This document shows, piece by piece, positions 1 to 15,518 of a DNA stretch of 64,000 nucleotides (position 1 is its first letter; each line of letters starts with the position of its first letter). Source of the stretch: the human T2T-CHM13v2.0 reference genome, Homo sapiens; NCBI RefSeq assembly GCF_009914755.1, contig NC_060930.1. One strand, written 5' to 3'. The notes below the pieces were generated by a model that was not told the origin of the DNA, ran no database searches, and saw only the letters and a program-made list of their open reading frames with translations. The position numbers and the translations under genes were made by a program.

Positions 1-270
1 TATTTTTGAAACCCGAATTGAAAATGTTGCAGGCAACGGGCTACAGCTTTATTAGTGGTTCTCTAACTGTGGTCTCCTTGGGCCAAGCAATTTCTTTAAA
101 GGAAAAGTTGATTATGTATGTGGGGTGCCAGGACCACTGCCTTGAAAGCAAGTGTGATTTTTATTTTTAATATTATTTTATTTGTGTCTGTGTACATATT
201 CATGTATAAATTTTATGAAACCCAAGCATAGTGCTTATTTTTTAATAAAACAACTGACTTAACACATTGT
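1..270 (+). other. Distal 3' UTR of an unidentified plus-strand gene
   Basis: U-rich non-repetitive sequence with TGTA motifs (TGTACATA 191-198, TGTA 203-206) upstream of AATAAA 244-249, followed by GT/T-rich sequence at ~267-308. Confidence 0.6.
244..249 (+). terminator. Polyadenylation signal AATAAA
   Basis: Canonical hexamer with upstream TGTA elements, CA dinucleotides ~14-18 nt downstream and a downstream GT-rich tract. Confidence 0.65.
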
Positions 271-1989
271 GATGATGGGTTGGAAGTGGAGAGATTTTGT
301 CTGTCTGTCCCCCCTCCCAAAAAAATGGGCTCAGGTTTTAGTCTCAAGAAACTTCCTCTGGAGATAAAAATATTTTCCTGAATAATTCGATAAAGGTATT
401 ATAGAATGGGCTTGCAGATTTCCGTATGAGATGCATTGCTAGACAGATTTCCAGATAGGACTTCCATTCATGGGCTTTTTAAAAGTTGAAAACCAATTAC
501 TCCTCTAATTAGTCACCTAAGTGCTTCCAGAACAAATGAGAGGGAAGTGTCCCTCTCTCCCCCAAGAATCCTTAGCAGGCAAGTTGAGCTCTTAACAAGC
601 CTAGAGTCAAACAGATATTTTCAGGTAAATTGGTTCCGATTTGGGGCTCAAAAAGTTGGAGCCCCAATTTTTTTGACAACTTTTTTGTCATAAGACTATC
701 TTAAAATATCAAAGGTGTCTTCAGGGCAATTTCAAAAGCAATTTAAATGTCATAGTGTTTTTGTCAAAACAAAACCATCCACCTTTTTAGGAATGCAAAA
801 GTTCAACTGGGTGTGAACCAATGGGTAGTATTTTTTTCACTCTTCCCTCATCTGTAAAGATTTCACTTGAAGCAGTGGCAATGTCTTGCATGTTTCAGTT
901 GCAGTCTGAAGAGAAAATGCCTCCTGGAGAGAGGGAGAGACAGTTTCCCATATTATAAATGTAACGGAGGATTTTCATCAGTGGGAGTACCAGGGTGAAC
1001 ACCTGTTCTTCAGTAGGTTCCTAGGCAATACAGTTTTAACAATGCATGGATTGCAAAATTTTAGAGAGTAATACAAACTGTGGGAAATGCAGAGACTAGA
1101 AACAGGCCTCATTGCCATGGCTGCCATTCTTGGGTAGATCCCATCTTACCCAGGACAGGAGGATGATTTGAGCTCTACATATAATGAGGTGGGGAAGGAG
1201 GGTGGCGTTTATTTCAGGATGCTCTCTTTTGGCAGGAATGGGAGAGAAACAATCTTCCCTAAATCAGGTTAACAGATGATGAGTCTTGACTGATTTGGAT
1301 GACATCTACTTAGTAATCATAAAGAGTGATAATAATAGGGTTGAATTACGGCAAGAGGTAGACATTTGCACCCACAGGGCCAATAATCCGACCCCAAAAT
1401 AAACCTGAAACAGACCAGCAACTAGGGGCAGGGGACAACAGGTTCCCTGGGTAGAAATGATCAGACCTCAACATGTTGCTTCCCTCTTCAAAACACATGG
1501 AGGAGAGAATGCGGGAGAGCAGGGAGTCAGCCAGCTCTGTCCTTCCCACCTCTGGTTCCAGGGGACCTTGTCTCTCCCACAGTGTGCCTCACCCACAGAG
1601 GCAAAGTGCAGCCTACTTGAACATCTTTTTTGTAAAGCCACTGTTTTCTTGTCTGCACTGATACGTGAAGACAGTCCTGCGAAGGGAGATTTAAAGTCGC
1701 TTCTGATTTATTCGTGTTAACACACAAACAACAAAGTGAAAGACAAAGGTAGTGTTCCAAAAATCCCGGCTGTTCCGCCCTCCCCTCAAAAGAAAAAATA
1801 AATCCTTCCTTGCTAATGAACACCCTGGAGTCTGGTAGGATGCTGTCCCCTCCTAGCTTCTGGTCCCCTTCTTTGTTTCCCCAGGGACTATAAGCGTTTC
1901 TAAAAAATTGTCAGAGTCGCTTGAGTTTTGCACCCCTATTTCATGACCATTTCCAAGCTCAGTATCCCACGACTAGAAGGACATCACAC

Positions 1990-3860
1990 TGGGCGGGCGG
2001 GGCGGGGGCATTGGAGGGTCCTGGGCTGTCGCCTCCTCCCTGTCCCTCCTTCACACACCCAGCCCCGGGGAGTTTCGGTTTCTCAGTGCTGGGTCGGAGG
2101 CAGCCCAGGAGGAAAGGCGACGGCACAGCTCCCGTTTTCTCAATGAAGGCAGAAAGCTGCACAGCTGCTTTTAGTTCAGGCGAAGCTGGAATTCCGCGGA
2201 GCCGCACCTGGCGGCAGGCACGCCGGCCTTCGGAGGGGCCGCTCGGTGCGGCTGCAGGACCCTGCACTCAGGCAGCAGCCTCGCGGTGGCGGTGGGACCT
2301 CTCGAGCCCAACAGCTCCTTCCAGCATCTGCCCAGAAAACTGCCTTCCTCGCAGGCGCGGGAGGAGGGTTCGGGGCTCACTGTGCCCAGGCCCCCAGGCC
2401 TGGCCGCGCCCAAGTGGCCCCCCGCGCCGAGGGCAGGGCTCGCGCCCCTGCCCCCGCCCACCCCCCTCCCGCCCCCCCTCCAGCCTACCCCTCCCCCCGC
2501 CCACCCCCCTCCCGCCCCCCTCCAGCCTACCCCTCCCCCCGCCCACCCCCTCCTCCCGCCTCCCCCCAGCCTACCCCCTCCCCCCGCCCACCCCCTCCTC
2601 CCGCCCCCCTCCAGCCTACCCCTCCCCCCACCCATTCCCTCCTCCCGCCCCCTCCAGCCTACCCCTCCCCCCACCCATCCCTCCTCCCTCCCCCCTCCAG
2701 CCTACCCCTCCCCCCACCCATCCCTCCTCCCTCCCCCCTCCAGCCTACCCCTCCCCCCACCCATCCCTCCTCCCGCCCCCCTCCAGCCTACCCCTCCCCC
2801 CACCCATCCCTCCTCCCGCCCCCCCTCCAGCCTACCCCTCCCCCCGCCCACCCCTCCTCCCGCCCCCCTCCAGCCTACCCCTCCCCCCACCCACCTCTCC
2901 TCCCGCCTCCCCCCCAGCCTACCCCCTCCCCCGCCCACCCCCCTCCCGCCCCCCTCCAGCCTACCCCTCCCCCCGCCCACCCCCTCCTCCCGCCTCCCCC
3001 CCAGCCTACCCCCTCCCCCCGCCCACCCACTCCTCCCGCCCCCTCCAGCCTACCCCTCCCCCCGCCCACTTCTCCCGCCCCCCCAGCCTACCCCTCCCCC
3101 CGCCCACCCCTCCTCCCGCCTCCCCCCCCAGCCTACCCCTCCCCCCGCCCAGCCCTCCTCCCGCCCCCCTCCAGCCTACCCCTCCCCCCGCCTGCTCCTC
3201 TCTCCTCCCCTCGCCCCAGCGCGCCCATCCCGGGCAAAGGCACCCGGCCCCAGCTGCGCAAACACCAGGCTGAGGGGCACCCGAGTGACCCTCGGCCGAC
3301 GCGGGGGGCGCGGGATGCCGGGTGCGGGCGAGGGTGTGTTTGGTTTGGGACTCGCCCTTTGACACCTGTCAGTCCTGCCTGGAGCTGCAGCTGTGGGGCC
3401 CGGGCTCGGTGGATCCCTTTTCAAAGAAACCCATGCTGGCCCCCCGCAGCCGCCGCCAACCCTCCCTGTCGGCGCCTTTAAACTGCCACAGTCCCTTCCA
3501 CCCCGTCGAAAACCCCTCCAGGCCGCAGTGGGCAGCTGGGTGGGGAGAAGCGCACAGCAGCGCCGCCGTCCCGGCCCAGCCTGGTCTCCGCGCGAGCGCC
3601 TGAGGCCTTTCTGGACCGCCCGGCCAGGCCCTCTCTGCAGACAGGGACCAAGTCGGCTGCCTGTGGGGGCTGAAAACATCTCTGGGAAGCGACGCACTCG
3701 GTGCCATCAGCTTCCCCAGTTAGAAGCCTCCTTTCTGCTTAGAGCACGGTTCCCGCCAGTGCGGGAAGCATGGGGCTGCGTGGCCAAAGGGCCCTGGTCA
3801 CCCTGCACCTCCCCTGCCTGCGAGTGAGCCCGGGGGGTGAAAGCTTCGACCATCCCGGGG
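1990..3860. promoter_or_regulatory. CpG island interrupted by a C-rich minisatellite
   Basis: High GC and dense CpG at ~1990-2450 and ~3200-3860; GC boxes (GGGCGG) near 1991-2008. Confidence 0.8.
2450..3195. repeat. C-rich minisatellite, 17 copies of a ~43-bp unit
   Basis: Core CAGCCTACCC at 2481, 2523, 2567, 2612, 2655, 2698, 2741, 2784, 2828, 2871, 2915, 2957, 3002, 3046, 3084, 3129, 3172 (spacing 38-45 bp). Confidence 0.95.
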
Positions 3861-4684
3861 TGGACTCTAAGCCTTTTAGCTATGGATAAAGAACCTAACC
3901 AGGTCCCCTCTAGAATTGTGCCTTAGATTCTTGACCCCACATAAATTCTCAAAAACAATCGGAAAGTCCCACCCCCAATAGATAAAGATGCGTTCCTAGG
4001 GTCCCCCAGGGTGTAGCCCGCTCATTCTGAAGCATCCCTAAGGAGAAGCATCTGTGCCCATTCTGGTTCCCCTGTTGCACAGTTTCACAAAGCTGGTATT
4101 TTTTCTGCCTCAGGGAATGTGTTTTCACACACAAAATACAAAGCTAAACTAGACTGTCTTGGATCAACGCACATACTTTCAAGCTCAGTAAGAAACCCTA
4201 ATTTTGCACCGGAGAAAATGGGGCCCCACAGTGTGTCTTTACATATTCCTTAGTGGCAGACGTGGGTCTGAAACCCAGAGGTTCCAGCTCCCAGCTCAGA
4301 ATTCTTTCAGTTGTAACACAGTGATCCGGAGAGTGCAGAGCCAAACATACCATGCCCTGAACTCAGTTGAACCATTCAGATAATCGTCTCAATTCACTTT
4401 TATTACAATGGTCGTCAGATTCCCCATGCGGATAAATGGTTTCCGCCGCTATAAGAATTTGTCTCTTGTACGTCCTGCTTCACTCAGGACTAGCTTTTTC
4501 TAGAGGAGACTACAACGCCCTGGGAGACGTGCATGTGTGTATCTAGACCCTTCAGCTTCCATGTATCAGGCGATGCAGCCCCCTACAGGGACGGTGACAC
4601 TGTTTGCTCTCACTCCGCAGCGTGCCAGATACAAACCCCCGCAAGGGCCACAGGCAGAATGATGTTTAGGAAGGGGTCTGCAGA

Positions 4685-6937
<2,253 letters not shown>

Positions 6938-8488
6938 TTAGCTTAAAAAATCTAAATTCAATGCATTGACATGACTGATAACTTCCTAGGTATTAGGAGA
7001 CTTGGTTGGCAACCAATGTACGAAGATTCTGCTTTTCTCTTTACTAATTTTTTAAAAATTCTTTTGACTACAATAGCTGAGTTGCCTCAGTTCTAGAAAG
7101 GAGACCAGGAAGAGTCCTTCAACAATTCTTTCCTGCTTTTGAACAGCACAACAGTTTCCTCTTAAATAACAGACTTTATAGTTCTCTAATGAAACAATTC
7201 AATTTTTGTTATATTTAAGAAGATATTTGCTAATTCTTAATATTGTCATCAACAAATGGCCCTAATAAGTATCTTCCAAGAGGATCATGATCAAAAACGT
7301 AAAGATGTAACTCTCCCTGGATTCAAGGACCTCTTTCAAATTGGCAAGGATTCTGATGTAATGAAATGCTGGTGGTTGTGCAATAGTTTCTGCACTGTAT
7401 CTGTTCGACGTTATTAAGATGGGTGGGTGATTAGAAGCACATGCTCTTCCTGTCATTTGCCAACTTACACACAGCCTGGAAAAGAGAATTGTATCAACCT
7501 TCATTTTTGGTGAACTGCAGCCAAACATAAACATTAACATAATACCACATTTCCCTTCCCATTCCTGGACCCTCTTTGTCACTGTTTTCAGGAACAGTTT
7601 AACTTTGAAGCCTTGCCATAATTGAACCTTTGTATCATATCTGTTTGAAACCCAAAATGCTATACAATTCAACATCTTTGACATGTATTTGTTATTTCTG
7701 ATCACCAATTTCTAGCCATTAAGAAAGAAGTAGAAAAGTTTTGCAACCTTTGGCTGGCTCTACCCACTGTAGTTAAATGTCTGGTCATGCTCAAAATCAC
7801 AGAAGTTGCCCATTCAAAAAAAGAACTCAGAATGAAGACACTAAAGAGACCCTAGTCTAAATTCCAGCTGTGTCTCACACAGCTGGGTGACCTTAGGGAA
7901 ACGGGTCATCCCTGCAAGCCTCATAAGGACGAGGGTTGGGCTGGAACATGTCTTGCACACCTCCCTCACAGTTCACACCCATGAAAACCCTCATATAATG
8001 TCAAAAATAACACGCTAATGTGTTTTTTTTTTCCCTTTTCCCTAAACTCAATCAACTTGAGATCAAGTGTGAATCTCAGGGACAAGTTTCAGTATGTCAT
8101 TCTTCAACATGATTAAAGTACTTACAAACACAGCAGAATATATTGGATGCCTTAGGGTACAATGGATATATACAACTTGTCATTCTAATGGGTCATAACA
8201 TGTATTTCCAATTATGTTTCCCCCAGTGTGCTCCTGACAACTTAAGTTTCTCACAAAATCCCAGCTTTGAGAATTAGAGGAGAATGCTTACTTCACAGGC
8301 AGGAGACAGAAGTTGGGCTATTTTCAAGAGATTTCATCATAAGCAAGGCATTTAGGGCTGGGTCGCATGGTGGCTCCCAGGCCGCTGCTCTGGGCTGACA
8401 GGATCAGCTCAGTCCTTTGTTTATTTAAGAACAAAGTCTAAAGGCAATTCTCAGGGTAGCAGAGTTGTTATAACCTAAAAATGCAATA

Positions 8489-8787
8489 GCCTGGGTGCTC
8501 CCAGCACTTTGGGAGTCCAAGGTAGGAAGATCATTTGAGACTAGCAGTTCGAGACCAGCCTGGGCAACATAGTGAGATGTCTTCTCTACAAAAAAGTAAC
8601 AAGAACAACAAAAAATTAGCCAGGCATGGCGGCTTGTGCTTGCAGTCCTAGCTACTTGAGAGGCTGAGGTGGGAGGATCGTTTGAGCCTAGGAGTTCAAG
8701 GTACAGTGAGCTATGGTGGTACCACTGCACTCCAGCCTGGGTGACAGAGAAAAAACTCCTGCCTCTAAAAAAATAAAGAAAAATAAA
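8489..8787 (+). mobile_element. AluJ-type SINE
   Basis: Diverged dimeric Alu with GGGCAACATAGTGAGA and GGAGGATCGTTTGAGCC; A-rich tail. Confidence 0.85.
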
Positions 8788-9689
8788 GCATAAAAATATC
8801 AATGTAATTAGCACCAAGGGCCTCAAGGCATGGGAACAAATGTATATGTGTTCATACAAATATAACATGAGAATACTAATGCTAAATGTGGAAACACTGA
8901 AAGAAGATAAATACAGCAACTAGAGAAAAGCCCTGAAAAAAATAACTCAAATAAGAATAAATATTACTATTTAACAAAGTGTATTCCAGGTAAGTTCTCA
9001 GGCCCAGGGAACGTATGAATAATAAGGGTGACCCTATCATCCCCACAGATAGACCCACCCTTACTTAAGAGAGCTGGTATTTTTCTGGGGAAGTCAACAT
9101 TTGTAGGAGGCATGCTCTAGTCCTAGCACCCCGACTCCCCTGGGGAAGCCACCATCCATGGCATGCAATGTGGGGGTTGCCCTCAATTCTCCAGGACTCT
9201 GAGCCTTGAGCAGGGGGATTCAGGGGCCAAACACAAGTCAGACTGATTTGCTCCCAGGGTCCTAGTGAAATGGTCCACCAGCTTCCGCTGTGGGCCCTGG
9301 AGCTTCCTCAGCTCCTCTCCATTCTGGGGAAACTCAGTCGAGTCTTCCTTTGCTCATTTGTCCAGAGCTGTTTCTGCTGTTGGTTACCTCCTCAGGCCTG
9401 TGCAGTCAGCCAGACACAAGGCGAGGAAGCCAGCATGGTCGGCCCGCTCTTGCCCCCGTCCTCCATGAAGCCTTCTCCTCCTACTGGCCCTTTTGGCAAC
9501 CTCTGTGCCCAGCTGGAGGATGGAGGGATGCAGAAGCCAGGGGCCGTGCAAAGCAGGAGCAGCCACTCTGCAGGCAGCAGCTCTCTCCCCCTCTCTGGGG
9601 GACAAACATCACGGGCTGCTGGTCCCCAATATGAATACCCTCTGAAGTCTCAGGCTGGGTAAAAGGTTACCTCCTTAGGTTGCATGTAC

Positions 9690-9900
9690 ACGACACACTG
9701 AAAAAGGCAGAAGGAACAGAAATCAGATCCGTGGTTGCTGAGGGCTATGGTGGGCACAGCTCTAAGGGGCACAGGGAACCTTGGGGTGAGGGAAATACTC
9801 TACATCCTGACGTGGCTTCAGGACTGCACACACTGGCCAAACTCAGCGCCTAGAAAGTGGAAGTTTTTGCTGCATGTGAGTTATACCTCGACAGCCCTGA
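9690..9900 (+). mobile_element. Ancient L1M(E) 3' end fragment
   Basis: Degenerate ACAGAAATCAGATCCGTGGTTGC ... GTTATACCTC motifs typical of old L1 3' UTRs. Confidence 0.5.
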
Positions 9901-11614
9901 CCCCACGAACCCATTCTCATAGAGTGAAGGGTAACACTTGCTGAATTGCCCAAACCAGGGCACCTTCCCAATAACAGTTTAAGTTAAAGGAGATACAGCT
10001 TTATTTGCAGCATTTCAGCTAACTGGGGCTAGTTAGGGGGGCATGTTTTCAGGGCAAAGCTAAACTTCCCAGTACCTCTTAAATCATGCACAGTATGTAG
10101 CAGCCCCTTCCCACTCTGGGCAAAGCCATCTATGGCCCTGGTGCCTGCTGCACTTCAATATGGGCATGTGTCAAGCACCAACATCTAAAAGGGGAACCAC
10201 ACCAGCATGAAGCTGCCTCCACCCTCCCCACATTCACTCACACTGTCTTCTTCAGCAGGTACATAGGCCGAGGAAGCAAAGGGGGACTCAGAGCCCACAG
10301 CCCATGTGGAAGAGAATGTGGCATTTCTGCAGAATCACGTGCTTCCGAAAGCCTGGATTTGTTCACAGGGTAGTTCCTGGGGGATGCTGCCAACTTTTAA
10401 GGCCTGGATGAGCACCCTGCAAGGACAAGTCCCCAGAGGGGGACCGAGATTTAACACCCACAGGACTCTGTGGCCCCCCCAAACTATCCAGCACCCTCAC
10501 CTTCCCCGTGCCGGGTTTCAGAAAGCAGCTCCAATGTGAAAAAGATCGAGCACATGCAATTCCCTCTGCTCCATGACCCTTCCCTGCACCCTGATTCCAT
10601 AACCACACGTGTAAGAATGCCGGGGAGATGTTGTGCAAACCAAGCACTTTTGACCCCTTGCGGCAGTTGCACACAGTCAGCAATCTGAAAAAAGATAATT
10701 ATTAGTTCTCCTATTTATTAGCTGAGCCCTTTTGAGTAATAGCCTCTGGGGACATTCATACATGCAATAAAAGTCCTCATCATGGTTAAGTGCAAAATGA
10801 TGTGGCCTATTCTAGATTTTTGCTGAAACAAACCCTCAAGCCCAGGTAGTTCCTCTCCCTGGAGTTGAGAAAGGCAAAGACTTTGACAAGCACCTTCTCC
10901 ACTCTTGTGTGACTTCAGCATCTACTTCAGAAATATTTGTTGAGCTCATTCAGGGGGTTGAAATCAGTAGGCTAACTCAGCCAATTTGGATCCAGCAAAG
11001 ATGAATCTGAGCCCATGTTTTCTAAAATGCAACCTCACGATGAGGTGTGACTGAAAAGAGCTGTCTGGCGGCCCAAGTCCCCTCTTCCATGAGCAAAGTT
11101 GAAGTGTTTCAGCTAAAAGATTGGGGCCTAGAACAAATCCTGCCCAATAAGGCTCTTTCGTGAGTCACAGGAAATTAGAACTACCGTATCTTTTAGTCAC
11201 AGTTGATTCAATAGAATCAAGACCCAGCCCACATGCAGGCCCAATGGCTGGCTGTTTGCACAGAGTGATTCATGAAGGGAGCCCAAATTCTCTGCCCGAT
11301 AAGATCTCTCTCCACACACTTTTCTGTTTGCCTCACCGATCCCAAACCCCCACCCCAGCTCATTCTGCTGCCTGAAATATCACCCTTTGAGTCATTCTGT
11401 TGAGTTACATAATAAAAATGGGGCATAAGTTCTACAAAAAGGAAAAAAATGGGGGAAGGGGGACTGGGCGGAGAGACACAGGGAATCATTGATCCATGAC
11501 AAACACAATGTTCCCTTCCTCACACCTCTGTTAATTGCAAGGTCCAAGTGGACCAGCTTGTAAGCCTTGGAAGGACTCAGTGTGAGTACTGAACACAGCT
11601 GTCCACAGACAAAC

Positions 11615-11763
11615 ACAAATGGCAGTCTGCAAAAAGAAAACCCTGCTTCAATCTTAGCATTGTATTTTCTGCACCTCACTAGCAGAGGTGTTGGGTGTGA
11701 ATGAAACAATCCATGACACTTGTGGTGACCAGCAGTACCTTCAATTCATACAGCAAATGTGAT
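11615..11763 (+). repeat. Copy 1 of a local ~150-bp direct duplication
   Basis: ACAAATGGCAGTCTGCAAAAAGA ... CACCTCACTAGCAGAGGTGT ... AATTCATACAGCAAATGTGAT recurs at 12745-13071. Confidence 0.85.
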
Positions 11764-11867
11764 GTTAAGTTCTACCACCCATAGGTCACAATCAGTTTTC
11801 CCTTCTGGGGGTCCCTCTTCCTTTGTCCCAGGATGTGAATCAATGCCAGTGTGTAGACACCCCACAA

Positions 11868-11951
11868 CTTACAGTGGGGTCACCACCCAATAAACCCATT
11901 GCAAAGTTGAAAAATTGTAAGTTGGATCATCATAAGTCGGGGACCATCTGT
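11868..11951. mobile_element. Tigger4/MER46-like DNA transposon fragment
   Basis: ATAAACCCATTGCAAAGTTGAAAAATTGTAAGTTG ... TAAGTCGGGGACCATCTG resembles the family terminus. Confidence 0.6.
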
Positions 11952-12744
11952 GCTTAAAGAAATGTGCTTTTAAATTCCTTTGACAGATCATTTTGCTGCT
12001 GCCTACAGCTTTTCACCAAAGTTATAAAGCAAACACAGGCTTAATAAAATATGCAATCTATGTTTAGAACCCAGGCTCCAGGGGAACGGGAGCGATGCAG
12101 AGCAAACAGGTAGGATTGCAGTGAGTCGGAGAAGAGACCCCCACCCCCCGCACCCCTGCACAACCCTCCGGTCGGCTTCCTCACTCCCTCCCCTCACTTC
12201 CTCTCTCTGCCCTACTGGAGAAGGAAACACTTTGTTAGTGCTAAGCATGCCCAGTAGCCAAGGCCAGGCTTTAGCTCTAAGTCAGAAGGAATCTAAAGGA
12301 TAAACAGGATCCAAGTCCTCCATTCTCTGTTCCCTGCCAGGCCAGGGAGCAGACTGGTTCAAACAGACAGCTTCCCTGACGCATCCTACTAGAGAAGCCT
12401 TGATTGTTGGATCTCCAGCAACGTTCACGCTGCCCTCCTGGAGGAGGCTCAGGGGATGCCTGCTTAGGAGCCGAAAGCCCAAGCCCTCTCAGCTGTGTCA
12501 GGATGATGATAATGGGTGCAGGTCACTCCTTTCCTTAGGAACGCTTTTAGACTTTACCACATCTCCCCTGGAGAAAAGGGTTCTCCCCTGGCCTGTCATG
12601 CAGTTATCTCCAGAGAGGCAAGGAAGGCATGGTGGGCGGGCAGGGTCACGTACCATGAAACCCAGCAGTGGGGCAGCAAAGCCACAGTATCAAGTCTTCA
12701 AAATAAGGAGCAAGAGGCGCAGGGGCAGTCCCGGCATGGGGAGA

Positions 12745-13071
<327 letters not shown>

Positions 13072-13964
13072 TTCATGGCAGCAGAGCTTCCTGGCCCTGA
13101 AGTAGAGATCAAGCCGGGCTGCACCCTCGGCTGCCAAAGGACTCCCTGCCGTGGCTTGCAGGGGGACCCGTCCGCTCAACCCCTCTCTCAGTAAAAGAGT
13201 TGGAGCACAAATTAATTTGGTAGGTGCCAGAAATAAGTAGGGGAGGAGGGAGGTGAGCCGGTGGACAGAAAGCAGTGGATACAGGGTGAGCTGTCCAGCC
13301 AGCTACTGCTGAGAGTGACTAGTGCTGAAGGCCATGAGAAAACTCTGGGAATGGTATGATACACTTGCCTGGGAATGATCCCAGCAGAGACCAGAGAGAC
13401 AAGGGCGTGATTGGTTGAGAGGTCCCCGGGTTGGTAGGGGCATGTCTCAGCTGCCATGCATTGGAGCTGAGCACTTCCCGTGCCTTCAGAGAGAACCTTC
13501 TAGCAGATAGGGCAGCTGAAAGCATTTAATACTCACCCCCACCACAGTTCAGCCCTGCAGGCTCTCTGCATCCACACCAGGCCCTTTCAGTCAAGACTGG
13601 GATCCTGCAGTAGGGACAGTGATCTAGGAAATGGCCTCTGACTTGCAGCATTTGCTAAATTCCATGGTGAAAATGTACTCACAATGGCCCATCTCAAACC
13701 ATCAGCAGCCAAACACTGGATGGGACATTCCTGCACATGCAACCCCTGGCTGCTGTGCCATGAGCTAGTAGGAGCCTGCTCCAGCACACCACAGAGGCTG
13801 AGATGGGGATCCCCTTGCCTTGAGGCTCAGGTGTTGAGTCACTGGCTTTGCCTGGGGACAGGGGCCTTTGGTCCCAGGGATCCTACCATGGGATCTTCAA
13901 TCCAGTAACAGCTCTCGTGCCTAGAGCTGATTTCTAAAGTTAAAGATTCGAGAGTGAAGAGGCT

Positions 13965-14220
13965 ATGTAGTTCAGTGATTAAGAGCATGGACTCTGAGGC
14001 CAGCCTGCCCACATTTGGATCCCAGCTCAACCATGTGTCATCTGTTGTAACCTTGAGCAGGTAACCTCTCTGTGCCTGTTTCCTCTCCCATAAAATGAGG
14101 ATAATAATAGTAATGACCTCACAGCATTCTTGTAAAGGTTAAATGAGTGATTATATGCAAAGTTCTTGGAACAGTGCCTGACACATAGTAAGCACTACTT
14201 AAATTTAGCTGTTATTATTT
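13965..14220 (+). mobile_element. MIR SINE
   Basis: TTAAGAGCATGGACTCTG, core CTCTCTGTGCCTGTTTCCTC..TAAAATGAGGATAATAATAG, end ACAGTGCCTGACACATAGTAAGCACT. Confidence 0.85.
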
Positions 14221-14494
14221 AGGGATGGAAATGAACAGTTGATAAACCTGAACTCTAAGAGCATAATAAAGTTGTCTGGTTCATCCTGAAGACTCTGCAT
14301 TTCTATCACCTAAAGTTACACCTAGAATTAATTCTGGGAGACAGAGGTAGACAGAGTGAGATAGAGAGAGATTAATAGTCTCCTTTATGAGAGGAACTTT
14401 TTAATGCCACAATAAATGAAGCAGGGATCATAGAAGGGCAGGTCTCCCATATTTGAGGGTTTGTACAGCACCAGGCTCAGGTTAAAGATTGATT

Positions 14495-15500
14495 TGTTCT
14501 TTATTTTATATATGATTGTATACAAAGTGATGATTTGATATGCATGCATTATGGAGTGATTAAATCAAGCTAATCAGCATACCCAACAACACATACTTAT
14601 TGTTTGTTTTTGGTGAGAACATTTAAGATCTCCTCTCTTGGCAATTTTCCAGCATACAATGCATTATAATTTACTATAGTCATCATGCTGTATAACAGAT
14701 CTCCAGCATGTATTTCTCCTAACTGAAATTTTGCACCCTTTGACCAAGATCTCTCCAACATCCCCACACACGGTTTTTGTTAACCACCATCTAGTCTCTG
14801 TTTCTATGAGTTCAACTTTTTTAGATTCCTTCCACATATAAGTGAAATCAGGCAGTATTTGTCTCTGTGCCTGGCTTATTTCACTCAGCCAAATGTTCTC
14901 CAAGTTCACCCACACTGTTGCAAATGACAGGATTCCCTTCTCTTTATGGCTGAATAGTATTCCGTTGTGTATTTATACCACCTTTTCTTTCTCCATTCAT
15001 CCACTGATGAACAGTTAGGTTGATTCCATGTCTGGGCTATTGTGAATGGTACTGCAATGAACATGGGGGTGCAGAGATCTCTTCAACATACTGATTTCAT
15101 TTTCTTTGGATATACACCCAGTGATGGCATTGCTGGATCCTATGATAGTTCTATTTCTAATTTTTTGAGGAGTTTCTACACTGTTTTCCATAATGGTTGT
15201 ACTAATTTGCATTCCCATCAACAGTGTACAAGGGTTCTTTTTTCTCCCTATCCTCATCAGCATTTATCTTTTGTGGTTTTGATAATGGCCATTCTAACAG
15301 GTATGAGATGATATCTCCTTGTGGTTTTAATTTGCATTTCCCTGATGATTAGTGATGTTGAGCATTTTTTCATATACTTGTTGGCCATTTCTTGGCCATT
15401 TGTAAGTCTCCTTAGACATGTCTATTCATGTCTTTTGCCCATTTTTAAATTGGGTTATTTGTTTTCTTGTTATTGAGTTGCTTGAGTTCCTTATGTATTT
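14495..15500 (-). mobile_element. L1MA-type 3' end (ORF2 C-terminus plus 3' UTR)
   Basis: Typical antisense L1 sequence, e.g. ACTGTTTTCCATAATGGTTGTACTAATTTGCATTCCCATCAACAGTG and TTTGCATTTCCCTGATGATTAGTGATGTTGAGCATTTTTTC. Confidence 0.9.
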
Positions 15501-15518
15501 CAATAATGGATGTCATAC

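Noticed and set aside
1-270. Assigning a gene symbol to the 3' UTR or to the terminal CpG island
   Set aside because: I could not recognise either sequence with confidence; a BLAT search is needed.
1921-3481. Long proline-rich ORFs (450, 411, 358 aa) and Gly/Arg-rich antisense ORFs
   Set aside because: All three plus frames are open because the C-rich repeat lacks stop codons; unit lengths vary without preserving frame and the starts are non-ATG.
7262-7708. 148-aa minus-strand ORF in unique sequence
   Set aside because: Non-ATG start, no recognisable domain or exon structure.
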